A program made the position numbers and the translations under genes. From Chiloscyllium plagiosum (lineage: Eukaryota): DNA of 54,493 nucleotides. The notes under the pieces are model-generated. The model made no database searches. It was not told the origin of the DNA and worked only from the letters and a program-made list of their open reading frames with translations. Below are positions 39,885 through 50,669 of this stretch, one piece after another. The stretch is taken from positions 86,268,056 through 86,322,548 of the forward strand of contig NC_057719.1 in NCBI RefSeq assembly GCF_004010195.1. The letters run 5' to 3'. Positions within the stretch are counted from its first letter, which is position 1, and each line of letters opens with the position of its first letter.

Positions 39885-40338
39885 ATCCTCACCGGAAACA
39901 ATATACACGTTGTTCTCAGTGCACCATTTTTCCAGGTCTTCCACCTCCCGTCTGTAGTCTGTTTCATTGCCATCTGAGATTCGACCGACTATGATGGTAT
40001 CATCAATGTACTTGTAAATGGCTTTAATCTGGTATGTGGCGTCGCAGTCATGGGTACACAGCGAGTACAGTAGGGAGCTGAGGGGGCTCCATTGTTGAGT
40101 GTTGGTGAGGATGAAATATTGTCCACAATCTTCACTGATTGTGGCCTGTGGGTCAGAAAACTGAGGATCCAGTTGCAGAGAGTGGGGCTTAGTCCAAGAT
40201 CACTAAGTTTAGTAGTCAGTCTTGAGGGGATAATAGTGTTGAAGGCTGAACTGCAGTCAATGAGTAGGATTCTTATGTAGCTGTTCTAGGTGTCAAGATG
40301 TTTTAGGGAGGAGTGAAGGGCAAATGATATGGCATCTG
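39885..40338 (-). mobile_element. Rex1/Babar-like LINE RT fragment
   Basis: [55 protein letters not shown]. Confidence 0.8.
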
Positions 40339-41244
40339 AATCTATTATTTACTATCTTTGCTACTTAACTCTGTGATCTGTCTGTATTGCTCACAAGACA
40401 AAGTTTTTCACTGTCCCTCGGTACACGTGACTATAAATTCAATTCAATTTAATTCAATAATAAGTTCCTGTGATCTATGCTTTCTCGTTCCACAATGGAT
40501 AACCTGAACTCCATCTGTCATAGTTTTGCCAATTCATCTATACTACCAAAGCCCTTTTTTAATTTTATGATATTATCTACACGGTCTACAAAGCCGCCTA
40601 ACTTTACCAAAAATCATACACCACCGGGTTATAGTCCAACAGGTTTATTTGAAACAGCAAGCTTTCAGAGCCCCATTCCTTTGTCAGGCAGCAAGTGAGA
40701 CCGAATACTTTGGACACAGAATTTATAAGTAAAGATCAAAGGGTCATACAACTTATATGAAAGTATTGAACAATGCTCGATAACTATTAATCTGTAAGAA
40801 TAGAGAAGAGGTTTTACTTGATTAATATATAAATCCCAGAAAGAAATGGAGAGAAGTGTCCATCTGGAATAGAAAGCATCCATCTGTCTCTCGCTCTTTC
40901 TCACCTTTGTGTGTGAAGAAGTAAAAGAAAATTCCCTATTCTCCCTCAACTTTCTCTTGAAGACGCTCTTACTGCAAATCCTTTATAGATGGGGAAAAAG
41001 GAAGAAAACCTTCAGAGACAGTGAAAGTACAAATCCTCAAGCAGTTAGTTAAAAGACTGAGAGTTATTCTATCCACAACCTCATGACATTAGCAAAGAAT
41101 TGGAAGGAGTTGAAAGAAAGCCAAATTGAAACAATTCGCTGATGTTTGTGATCTGGACTGCTGCTAGAACTGTGCTACTTTGACTTTTTTTTCTTGCCCA
41201 CCCACAATACTTGTGTCTTGCTTATTTACATATATGTTTGTAAG

Positions 41245-42315
41245 TAGTCATAGATATGTACATCATCACAGAAGCAGACTCTTCAGTCCAACTTGCTCAT
41301 GCTGACCAGATATCCTAACCTAGTCCCATTTGCCAGCACTTGGTCCATATCCCACCAAACCCTTCCGAATCACATACCCATCCAGATGCCTTTGAAATGC
41401 TGTAATTGTACAAGCATCCACCACTTCCTCTGGCAGCTCATTCCAAACATGCACCACTGTCTGTGTAATAACATTGCCCCAAAAGCTATGCACCCTAGTT
41501 CTGAACTCCCCTACCCCAGGGAAAAGACCTTGTCTATTTACCCTACCCAAGCCCTTCATGATTTTATAAACCTCTATAAGGTCACCCCTCAGCCTCCAAT
41601 GCTCCAGGGAAACAACTCAAGTCTATTCAGTCTCTCCCTCTAGCTTAAATCCTCCAACCCTGGCAACATCCTTGTTAATCTTTTCTGAACCCTTCCAAGT
41701 TTCACAAGGTCCTTCTGATAGGAGGGAAGACTAGAATTGCACACAGTATTCCAGAAGTGGCCTAACCAATGTCCTGTATAGCCACAACTTGACCTCCAAA
41801 CTCCTATACTCAATACTCTGACCAATAAAAGAAAACATACCAAATGCCTTCTTCACAATCCTATCTACCTGCGAGTCAAGTTTCAAGGAACTATGAACCT
41901 GCACTCCAAGGTCTCTTTGTTCAGCAACACTCCCCAGGACCTTACCATTATGTGTATAAGTCCTGCTAAGATTTACCTTTCCAAAATGTAGCACCTCACA
42001 TTTATCTAAATAAAACTCCATCTGCCACTCCTCAGCCCATCTGATCAAAATCCCCTTGTACTCTAAGTTAACCTTCATTACTGACCACTACACGTTCAAT
42101 TTTGGTGTTATCTCCAAACTTACTAACTATACCTCCTATTGTCACATTCAAATCATTTACATAAAGGATGAAAATCAGTGGACCTAGCACTGATCCTTGA
42201 GGCATACCACTGGTCACAGGCCTCCAGTCTGAAAAGCAACCCTCCGCCACCAGCCTCTATCTTCTACCTTCGACCCAATTCTGTATCCAAACTGCTTGTT
42301 CTCTCTGTATCCAAA
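41245..42315 (-). mobile_element. CR1 LINE fragment
   Basis: [42 protein letters not shown]. Confidence 0.92.
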
Positions 42316-42662
42316 TGGCTAAACAGTTTAGGTCTTTTGTTTTGTTAGAATTAAAAGAATGAGGGTTGATCTTTATGATACATAAAAGATACAGAGGGCA
42401 GCTTGACAGTGTAGATGTTAAAGATGCTTCCACTAGTGGGAGAACCTCAAACAAGGGGGATATAGTTACATGTTTTATACTGAGGTGCAAAGGAATTTAT
42501 TCTCCCAGATCGTAATGATTATTTGGAATTCTCTCCCGCAGGGAACTGTGGAAGTTAGATGACTAAAATTGTTTAAAGAGGGCATGGGTAGATTTTTAAA
42601 TTGAGGGTTATGACCAGTTGGCATGAAAAAGAAGTTGAAGATAGGGACAGATCTTACTGAAT

Positions 42663-42863
42663 CTGGATCCTCAGTTTTCTGACCCACAGGCCATAATCAG
42701 TGAAGATTGGGGACAATATTTCCTCCTCACCAACACTCAACAATGGAGCCCCCCAGGGATGCATACTCAGTTCCCTACTGTACTCACTGTGTACCCATGA
42801 CTGCGTCGCCACATACCAGATTAAAGCCATTTACAAGTACATTGATGATACCATCATAGTCGG
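42663..42863 (+). repeat. Inverted near-copy of the Rex1-like RT segment 39983-40172, inserted in a CR1 3' end
   Basis: Direct sequence comparison. Flanked by TCTTACTGAAT / TCTCACTGAAT. Confidence 0.85.
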
Positions 42864-43680
42864 TCTCACTGAATGATGGATTAGGTTTGGGAGTCATAAA
42901 TGGCCTACTCCTGCTTGTATTTCTTCTGTTTTCATGTCCACAGTTTCCTGTACAGTTACTCCAAGTAACAAAGTTAATTGCTTTGTCAGAAACCTATGAA
43001 CTATCATTCATTTTGATCCTTAGTTCGGTGAGCAACTTCTGTATTCGCTTTTCATAAAACATCTATGAAATCAAGGCAGGAATTTCTGTTTCCATGATAC
43101 CATGTGACATCACACTTTAGGTAATTCCCCTGCCCTTGCTGTATTAGAACCCATTAACTTGTCAAGTTTCCAAGGACTGCTTTTTACCCACGTTTGTTAA
43201 GTTAACATCTTACAGACTCAGAAGGTCTACCACCTGGAAAGACAAAGGCACAGATACATGGGAACACCATCGCCTATAAGTTCCCCTCCAAGCCACTCAC
43301 CCTCCTGATGAGGAAATATACTACCGTTCCTTCACTGTTGGGTAAAAATCTGTGAATTCCCCTCCTTACAGCACTGTGGGTGTACCTATCTCACAACTAC
43401 CCAGCCCCAAATGGACAGCAGAGGCTGAAGAAGGCTGCTTCCCACCACTCTGTCAAGGGCAATTGGGAACAGGCAATAAATTTGATCTTGCTTGAAATGC
43501 CTACATCCAATGTGAAAGTTTTAAAAATATAACCTATATAGAGCTGTAGCTATAAAGGTAGATAGTAGGAGTGTTAAAAATAGATCTTAGTTATAAAGCA
43601 AAATGAATAAAGTAACAGCCAATCCAAATAAACGATCTACGTCAGTCAACTTACATATGTTACAGACTCTTTAACTGTAC

Positions 43681-43715
43681 CTGGTTTCCTCGGTATTTTG
43701 AATATTGGACTCCAT
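43681..43715 (-). CDS. GANC: GANC first coding exon (MESNIQNTEET-S). The whole exon including 5'UTR is probably 43681-43919
   Basis: aagATGg Kozak with in-frame stops upstream. Donor AG|GTACAG in phase 2 matches the phase of the 25013-25075 exon. Resembles the human N-terminus MEAAVKEEIS as I recall it. Acceptor tttatttttgaaattgcAG at 43920. Confidence 0.75.
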
Positions 43716-44157
43716 CTTATGTTTGCTCTTTGCTGGAAAAGTCTTTCTCCCGTGCTGCTCGACTGTCAAAATGGAGTGTTTGAACAGGTGGTCTCCCTGC
43801 GAGAAGACTTATTTTTCCGACGCTCCACTGAGTGCTCACAAGCTTCTCCTCTCTTGGTTTTGACTGCTTTGACCCATCACAAAAAGGGTTTCTGGGAAAT
43901 GTAGGCTGAATTGAGGTGACTGCAATTTCAAAAATAAACAGAATTCATGTCATCAGGAAACCTAATATACCTTAAGCTATTTCGGCTCTTTATAACATAA
44001 TAATAACTACCAGTGATTAGAAGTTATGTTTTGAAGTTGAGATAGGTTGGGGGATATGGAGATGGAGAAAGTGAGGTCTGCAGATGCTGGAGATCAGAGA
44101 TGGAAATGTGTTGCTGGAAAAGCGCAGCAGGTCAGGCAGCATCTAGGGAACAGGAGA

Positions 44158-44191
44158 ATCGACGTTTCGGGCATAAGCCCTTCTTCAGGAA
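44158..44191 (-). ncRNA. Minimal hammerhead motif, sense in GANC pre-mRNA
   Basis: Minus strand reads CTGAAGA-A-GGGC-TTAT-GCCC-GAAA-CGTC. Confidence 0.68.
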
Positions 44192-44279
44192 TGAGGAAAG
44201 TTGGTCCAGCAGGCTAAGATAAAACATATTCCCTATCTTTTATCTTAGCCTGCTGGACACACTTTCCTCATTCCTGAAG

Positions 44280-44547
44280 NNNNNNNNNNNNNNNNNNNNN
44301 NNNNNNNNNNNNNNNNNNNNNNNNNNNNNNNNNNNNNNNNNNNNNNNNNNNNNNNNNNNNNNNNNNNNNNNNNNNNNNNNNNNNNNNNNNNNNNNNNNNN
44401 NNNNNNNNNNNNNNNNNNNNNNNNNNNNNNNNNNNNNNNNNNNNNNNNNNNNNNNNNNNNNNNNNNNNNNNNNNNNNNNNNNNNNNNNNNNNNNNNNNNN
44501 NNNNNNNNNNNNNNNNNNNNNNNNNNNNNNNNNNNNNNNNNNNNNNN
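44280..44547. other. Assembly gap (N run). A second gap lies at 11747-11773
   Basis: N bases. Confidence 1.
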
Positions 44548-46204
44548 GGGGAGGTGTGGGCGCGAGTCTTGCACCTCCTGCGGTTGCAGGGGAGGGTGCC
44601 GGGAGTGGAGGTTGGGTTGGTGGGGGGTGTGGATGTGACGAGGGAGTCACGGAGGGAGTGGTCTTTACGGAATGCTGATAGGGGAGGGGAGGGAAATATA
44701 TCCTTGGTGGTGGGGTCCGTTTGGAGGTGGCGGAAATGGCGGCGGATGATGCGCTGTACATGGAGGTTAGTGGGGTGGTAGGTGAGGACCAGTGGGGTTC
44801 TGTCCTGATATGGAGATGGACTTGCTCTCCACCATTTCTATTTATTGGCTCCTCGTTAAGAAAGGCATTTTTACAATTAAAATAGGGGATATCAACACTG
44901 TAAGGTCTTTTCCACTTCAGATATCAAGTATCTGCATACACCACATCAATGGCACAGCAAAGCTCTTTTTAGTCTACCCATGTCTTGAATTTCAAATTCA
45001 CATTGCGTATTGGAATAATTCAACCAGTCTTTTTTTTTCATATGCTATATTCATTCCTTGGTGCCAATTTTTGGTCAGACGAAAATATTAACAGTTCCCC
45101 ACTGGCAACTGGACTCAGGCTACCCAAGCATTTAGGCATGCAAATGATAACTAGATAACTTAAAAGGTGGTGGCAACGGTCGGATAGGAAGTGGTCAGCT
45201 GGGTGCCCATACGCTCCTGCTTAGCTGGGCCAGCCGCACTCATTTTTTTTTGTTTCTTCCTTTTTCTTTTGTTCTTTTCTGCAGCTGTGGCAGAGGAAGG
45301 TGGTGGTGAGGGACTCTGCAGCAGCGTGGCAGATCCAGATATCAGTTCCTCGTGGCCATTGTGGCCGCAGTTTTATCATCGGTGGGTCTGGTCTGTTCTT
45401 CCTGGCAGCAAGGCAGTTTCTACATGGTGCTTCTAGTTCATTCCTCACGGCTATCGCGGCAGCTTCAGGTGGTGACTGAAGTGGCGATGGCTTCAGCGTT
45501 GGCGACTTGATGGATCCTGTCTGTCCCTCCTTGCTTCGGTGATGTTGGTGTTGCTTCGGTAATAGCAGCATGGTGGGTCCAGTCTGGAAATCTTTGCTTT
45601 GGTGTCATCAGGACAGCTTCAGTAACATTGTCTCATTGCCACTCCATAAATCCAGATTGCCATGGAGGAAAGAAAAGACAAACTCTGACCTAACTTTGTT
45701 TCAATTATTTCTTTTTATGATTTCAATTAAAAGAAAGTCAATTTGTGGCAACTTATGCACATCTCACTGTATTTTTCATAATGCAACTGACAATAAATTG
45801 CTAATCTATTCTATGCAACAGGTAGGTCCACCTGTGAAAACACATAAAAAGAAACCCACTTGTCTTTGTAACAGTAACAAATTGCATTTGTATTATATCC
45901 TTAGCATAATAAAAACAACCCAAGGTGTTTAAGAGCTAAAACATGTCACTAAGCCACAAAAAAGGAGAGGTTAGATCACTAAAAGCTTGGTCCATGAGAC
46001 TAAGTTTGTTAGGAGAGTTAGAATCAAAGGCATTCCAGAACATAAGCATGGTGACTACAATTGGGGATTTTCAAAAGGCCAGAATTAACTATGTGACCTG
46101 CCTGTATTGCTTGCAAGACAAAACTTTTCACTGTGCCTCAGTACAAGTGACAATAAATTCAATTCATTAGAGTGTGGAGATAAGTATTACAGAGATTGTG
46201 ATGG

Positions 46205-46655
46205 GTAACCGTAAGAAGGATGTAGAGGCTTTAGAAAGGGTGGAGAGGTTTACCAATATGTTGCCTGGATTGGAGTGTGGTAATTACAAAGCGAGATTAG
46301 ACAAATTTGGATTATTTTCACCAGAATTGTCAGAGGCTGAGGGGAATATAAAATTATGAAAGGCTTGGATCGTCAGTCTCTTTCCCAGTGGAAAATTCAA
46401 ATATGGGGGGGCATAGATGTGAGGTGAGAGGAGGCAAGTTTAAAGGAGTTGCGCAACAAGTTTTTTTTTACACAGAATGTGATAACGGTCTGGAACGTGA
46501 TGTAGGTAGTAAAAGAAGAAATGAGCAAAGTTTGAGACATTTAAACAGCGACGTCAACAGTCCGAGAATACGGATCATGTGCAGTTTAGATTAGCATCAT
46601 GGTCGACACAGACATGTTGGGCCGAACAGCCTGTCCCTTTGCTATACTATTCTGT
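46205..46655 (+). mobile_element. CR1 3' fragment
   Basis: KDVEALERVERFTNMLPGLE and CR1 tail tgggccgaa..gcctgt. Confidence 0.8.
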
Positions 46656-46899
46656 GCTTAAGTCCTAAGAAAAGGCCATGAATGAATTGGTAAGGAGTTT
46701 TAAGATGTTGCAATTTATCCTAGCCCAAAAGCAAACCCCCAGATAAGTAACGAACTTTGTTCTCTCTGAAATTGCTGACATGGATGAATCAATTATACCG
46801 CAATTGTAAACTGCGCATACACCATCACCCACCCGAGTGTTGGGAGAAAGGGGTGGGCAGTGATTAGAGGGTCGGACTGAATGAAGTACAAACAAGGAA

Positions 46900-47400
46900 G
46901 AGCAGAACTAACTGCATTTCCTCCGAAGTTGAAAAGGACCCACACTCCGACAATCGCTATTTACTTAACATAAGGCGCTGCGTAACGAAAACAACAACTT
47001 CGGCACGCTTACGCCCCCTCAGCTGAAGTGAGCCCCACCTGGTGGTGGGAGGTCCAGAGGCGACCGTCGCCAGCTAGTAGGGCGGGGATTTCGGAAAAGG
47101 GCGGCTCCTCCCACTGGTGGGCGGTGCCATGGTGGGGTGGGCTCCAGCTGCTGATGGGAATTCCCGGGGCCGTTTGCTCCCCACCTCTTGGTGGGAGGTC
47201 TGCAGTGCACGGAGCCGGAGGCGGAAGTGACGTTTTGTGTTGTGGCACTGGGACATGGCGTCTGTTGATTTGGGGGTAAACAAAATGCTGGGCCTACTAA
47301 CAGGAAACAAATGGTACGCTTGGGTTTGTTTGGCTTTACTCAGCGTTATCAGGGCCGGTATCGCCGCGGAGGTGTCTAAATGGAGCATTCCTGTTACCGA
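46900..47400. promoter_or_regulatory. CpG-rich bidirectional promoter of GANC and TMEM87A
   Basis: Local CpG/GC enrichment. GC boxes near 47080, 47099 and 47118. ETS-CRE composite GCGGAAGTGACGT at 47221-47233. YY1-like CATGGCG overlapping the TMEM87A ATG. Minus-strand donor GTAAGC at 47012 for a probable non-coding GANC exon 1. Confidence 0.8.
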
Positions 47401-47401
47401 G
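47255..47401 (+). CDS. TMEM87A: TMEM87A exon 1 (MASVDLGVNKMLGLLTGNKWYAWVCLALLSVIRAGIAAEVSKWSIPVTE), signal peptide
   Basis: gacATGg start, hydrophobic signal peptide, SKWxIP motif as in human TMEM87A, donor GAG|GTATG. Head-to-head with GANC as in mammals. Confidence 0.9.
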
Positions 47402-48049
47402 GTATGTTAGCAAAAGAATCTGCGCTTACAGGAAGGAAAAGAACTGGCAGGGAGATGCAGTGAAAGGACTGTTGGAAAGAAAAGGGGGGAGGGTGGAGAT
47501 TAGTGGGAGGTGGTGAGTGACAATAGCGTGAGTGTGGCGGAGATTAAGAGTGACGGGAGCTGTATCAGAGTCGGAGTGACTAAACGTGAGAGGGGAAGGG
47601 CTGTTTGAGCGTGATGGGGTGAGTTGGTGAGGAATGGGGGGTGTGAGGGGAAGGAGGAATGGGTAGAGAGGTGGTAGGGAAAGGGGACCGGGTAGGCGAT
47701 GTGTGTGGGCGAACTCAGCATATGCTGCCAGATCTGCTGAATTCCTCCAGAAATTTCTGATTTTGTTTCATATTTTTTCAGCATCTGCAGTGGTTTATCT
47801 TATAGGTTGGGTGTTGCGGATGTGCTGAATGGGAATGTTTTCCCTATAAATGTGTATCTACCGATTCTCTGCATTGTTTCTGTTTTTTAATGCCATAATG
47901 TGAACAACCAACCCAGCATATGGTTAGTTGAAACTGTCCCAAGGCTGGCTGTCTCTTTGGCCTGTGTATAGTTCAATAGAGATTGATTTATTTTCTGTAA
48001 AGTCTACAGTTTTCCATCCCTGGACAGCTAATAGTTTGTTGTAATGTAA

Positions 48050-48126
48050 TTGATGCTGGTGATCAGCGGGGTACCTCACTCATGTTTTTGATGCTGGTGA
48101 TCAGCGGGGTACCTCACTCGTGTTTT
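48050..48126. repeat. 38 bp tandem duplication
   Basis: TTGATGCTGGTGATCAGCGGGGTACCTCACTCRTGTTT twice. Confidence 0.95.
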
Positions 48127-48326
48127 CTTACCCTCAGTCCTAGGAGCAGAAGTACGTCATCAGTCACTGAATCTGCCCCACCACTTAATGAGATCATGGC
48201 TGATCTGATGATCCTCAATTCCCATTTCCTGCTTTTTCCAATAACTCTTGATTCTTCACTGATTAACAATCAAATTCAGCCTTGAGTGTATTCAATAGCA
48301 CAGCCTCATCATCCCTCTGCAATAAG

Positions 48327-48439
48327 TTAAAAACAATGACTGCAGATGCTGGAAACCAGATTCTGGATCAATGGTGCTGGAAGAACACAGCAGTTCAGGC
48401 AGCAACGAGGAGCTTCAGCACTCTTCCAGTACCATTGAT
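48327..48439. mobile_element. Short fold-back Penelope pLTR fragment
   Basis: 13 bp TSD CCTCTGCAATAAG. Internal inverted arms gatcaatggtgctggaaga / tcttccagtaccattgatc. Confidence 0.8.
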
Positions 48440-48554
48440 CCTCTGCAATAAGTGTCTGTCCTCTGAGGGGAGAAATTCCTCCTTATCTCTGTCCCAAATA
48501 CCCCTTCTTCTGAGATAATGCCCTCTGTCTAAGACTTTACCACAAAGGGAAACA

Positions 48555-48865
48555 TTTCCTCATTTTGCCTCCCCCCACCTTGTCTCAGTCTAATCCATCG
48601 AATTCAGCACCGCCTTCTTAACCTGCAATCTTCTTCCCGACCTCTCCGCCCACACCCCAGTCTGACCTATCACCCTCACCTTGACCTCTTTCCACCTATC
48701 ACATTTCCGACGCCCCTCCCCCCAGTCCCTCCTCCCTACCTTTTATCTTAGCCTGCTGGACAAACTTTCCTCATTCCTGAAGAAGGGCTTATGCCCGAAA
48801 CGTCGATTCTCCTGTTCCCAGGATGTTTCCTGACCTGCTGTGCTTTTCCAACAACACATTTTCAG
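48555..48865 (+). mobile_element. Penelope-derived pLTR insertion inside a CR1
   Basis: 14 bp TSD CACAAAGGGAAACA (48541-48554 and 48866-48879). Hammerhead core at 48777-48804. Confidence 0.85.
48774..48807 (+). ncRNA. Minimal hammerhead motif, sense in TMEM87A intron 1
   Basis: CTGAAGA-A-GGGC-TTAT-GCCC-GAAA-CGTC. Confidence 0.68.
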
Positions 48866-49241
48866 CACAAAGGGAAACAGCCTTTCCACATCTACCCTGT
48901 CGTCCCCTAGGGAATTTGTAAATTTCAATAAAGTTGCCTCTCATTCTTCGAAATGTCAATGAGTACAGGCCTAATCTACTCAGTCTCTCTTCATACGAAA
49001 GTACCCCCATTACCTGGTTTCAACCCAGTGAACTTACTCTGGATTCCTTCCAATGCCAGTATATCTTTCCTCAGATGAGGGACCCAAAACTGTTCACAGT
49101 ATTCTAGCCTTAGTCTGAATAATGCCTTATGTAGTTTTAACAAAACTTGTCTACTTTCCACTCCATTCCCTTTGAAGTGAAGACCTTGTCTTCTTAAAGT
49201 TTCACATTCTATCACCATTTCTATTTGTATGCCGCTGTATA

Positions 49242-50217
49242 CAGAGCAACCTCGGTAACCCTGACATCAATTTTCCGAATTTTGGATTATCTGAACAAGA
49301 TCAAAGGTGCTTGTACATGCATTTCAACCGAAGTAGGAAAATTCTATTCCTCATCCATGTAATGCATAATTTTGTAAATTTGAACAGGAATATAGATGCA
49401 AGTGTGCTTTAATAAATAATTAACTTCAAATATATACTTGAGACGTGACGTTAAAGTTAAGTCTTACACTTTTTATAAAAAAGCTCTCCGATACTTATTC
49501 TCCCCGAGGACAAAAGTTTGTGATGTGAACACACAAGAACAACATATGTGCAAGCCTGAGCTGTGCGCTTGAAGAACAAGATTCCCTCTTAATATTGACT
49601 TGCTTCATTTTGCAAACCCAACAATTTTTTTTCCTCAGTTCATTCTCCAGTGAGTTAAGTCAAAAAATGTGCTTGCACTTTTCATTTCTGTTGCTTTTTC
49701 CTCCCATTATCCCATGATGACTGTTTTTTTCCCCAAACAAAAAGTAGTTCAATACCTTTCAGCTGATAAGAAAATTTTAAAATTGATGAGAGGACGGAAA
49801 CTGAGTCAGCGAAAAATCTTCCCCCTCTCATGTTCCCCCTGTATTTTGTGCCCCTCACTCTCTCTCCAAGGGCTGGGTGGTTGCTGAGGGAGGGAGGGAT
49901 TGGTTCGTCTGGACGGCAGGATGACGCCAAACAGAAAGATGCCAGCTGCTGTCGCGGACTGGTATAAAACTGAGGAAAATGTCAGCGAAAAATTTCACGG
50001 ATTTCAGTCAAGCTGGAGACAAAAAGTGATTTTATTTGTAAAATATCATGAATTCTCAAGCAATATTTGTTGTCTATACACATTTTGTCGATTTGAGTGA
50101 AATAAAAACTCTGTAAACATGGATTCCTTTGTTTACGATCAGATCAGTTATCCAAACAATCAGTTATTCTAACAAAATACTCTCCACCATCTCATTTGGA
50201 TAATTGAGGTTGTTTTG
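49242..50217. mobile_element. Non-autonomous pogo/Tigger-like DNA transposon (about 980 bp)
   Basis: TA on both sides. Imperfect TIRs CAGAGCAACCTCGGTAACC / GGATAATTGAGGTTGTTTTG, related to the MITE at 25123. Confidence 0.7.
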
Positions 50218-50669
50218 TACTTACAAAGTGAGAACAAAGCTGAAAACTTGCAACTGCTTTTCATAGAATGTGATCTGTATATTATTCCATGAAACCACAG
50301 TGAGTGTGTTTGGTTTGATTCATTAACCTTGACTGAATATTTTGTTCAATATTTATTTAAGTGCATACTCCAACAAACAATAACATAACTACAGTGCAAA
50401 TCTTTGGCATTGCTCACATTGAGTCAATATGCTATTTTATAATGGGAGAATTACACTTTATAACTGAGTGTTACTATGGTTTGAATTGCCTCAAATGGAC
50501 AGGTTTTGGAAATGCAAATAAACTAAAAATTGTTTTACATTACTTTGTCAGCTATTTTAGGATTTCATTATACTGGCATGCGTGCAGTCATGGTTGAAAA
50601 CTTTTTTCAAGTCTCAAATTTCACTGATCATATTGAATTAAACTTTCTCTTTGCTTTTTTTTGCTTCAG

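Larger units (their letters stand above)
44067..44806 (-). mobile_element. Penelope-like insertion with internal fold-back and assembly gap
   Basis: 14 bp TSD GATATGGAGATGGA (44053-44066 and 44807-44820). pLTR at 44067-44225, inverted copy at 44238-44279. Confidence 0.85.
48140..49190 (-). mobile_element. CR1 3' fragment with two Penelope inserts
   Basis: LEYCEQFWVPHLRKDILALE, SYEERLSRLGLYSL. Confidence 0.85.

Noticed and set aside
39300..39885. Possible env remnant (…HAERNQDIVGII resembling a furin site plus fusion peptide)
   Set aside because: Many stops, no intact RxKR and no recognisable TM or ISD motif. Too degraded to call.
889..43715. Assignment as GANAB
   Set aside because: No signal peptide at the predicted N-terminus, and head-to-head linkage to TMEM87A points to GANC.
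44240..44761. ORFs of 173 and 109 aa
   Set aside because: Artefacts of reading through an N gap.
46756..46781. Alternative GANC start MSAISERT with a phase-2 donor AA|GTTCGT
   Set aside because: Phase-compatible, but the Kozak context and donor are weak. The 43681-43715 exon fits the homolog and splice consensus better. It cannot be excluded as a minor isoform.
47440..47710. G-rich purine tract as a G-quadruplex or special element
   Set aside because: Low-complexity GA/GT-rich intron start with irregular G runs and no specific support.
26311..48928. Recurrent peptides such as MCCWKSAAGQAASKEQENRRFG suggesting a repeated gene or a CRISPR-like array
   Set aside because: These are chance translations of dispersed Penelope pLTR copies. 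There is no regular repeat-spacer structure and the DNA is eukaryotic.
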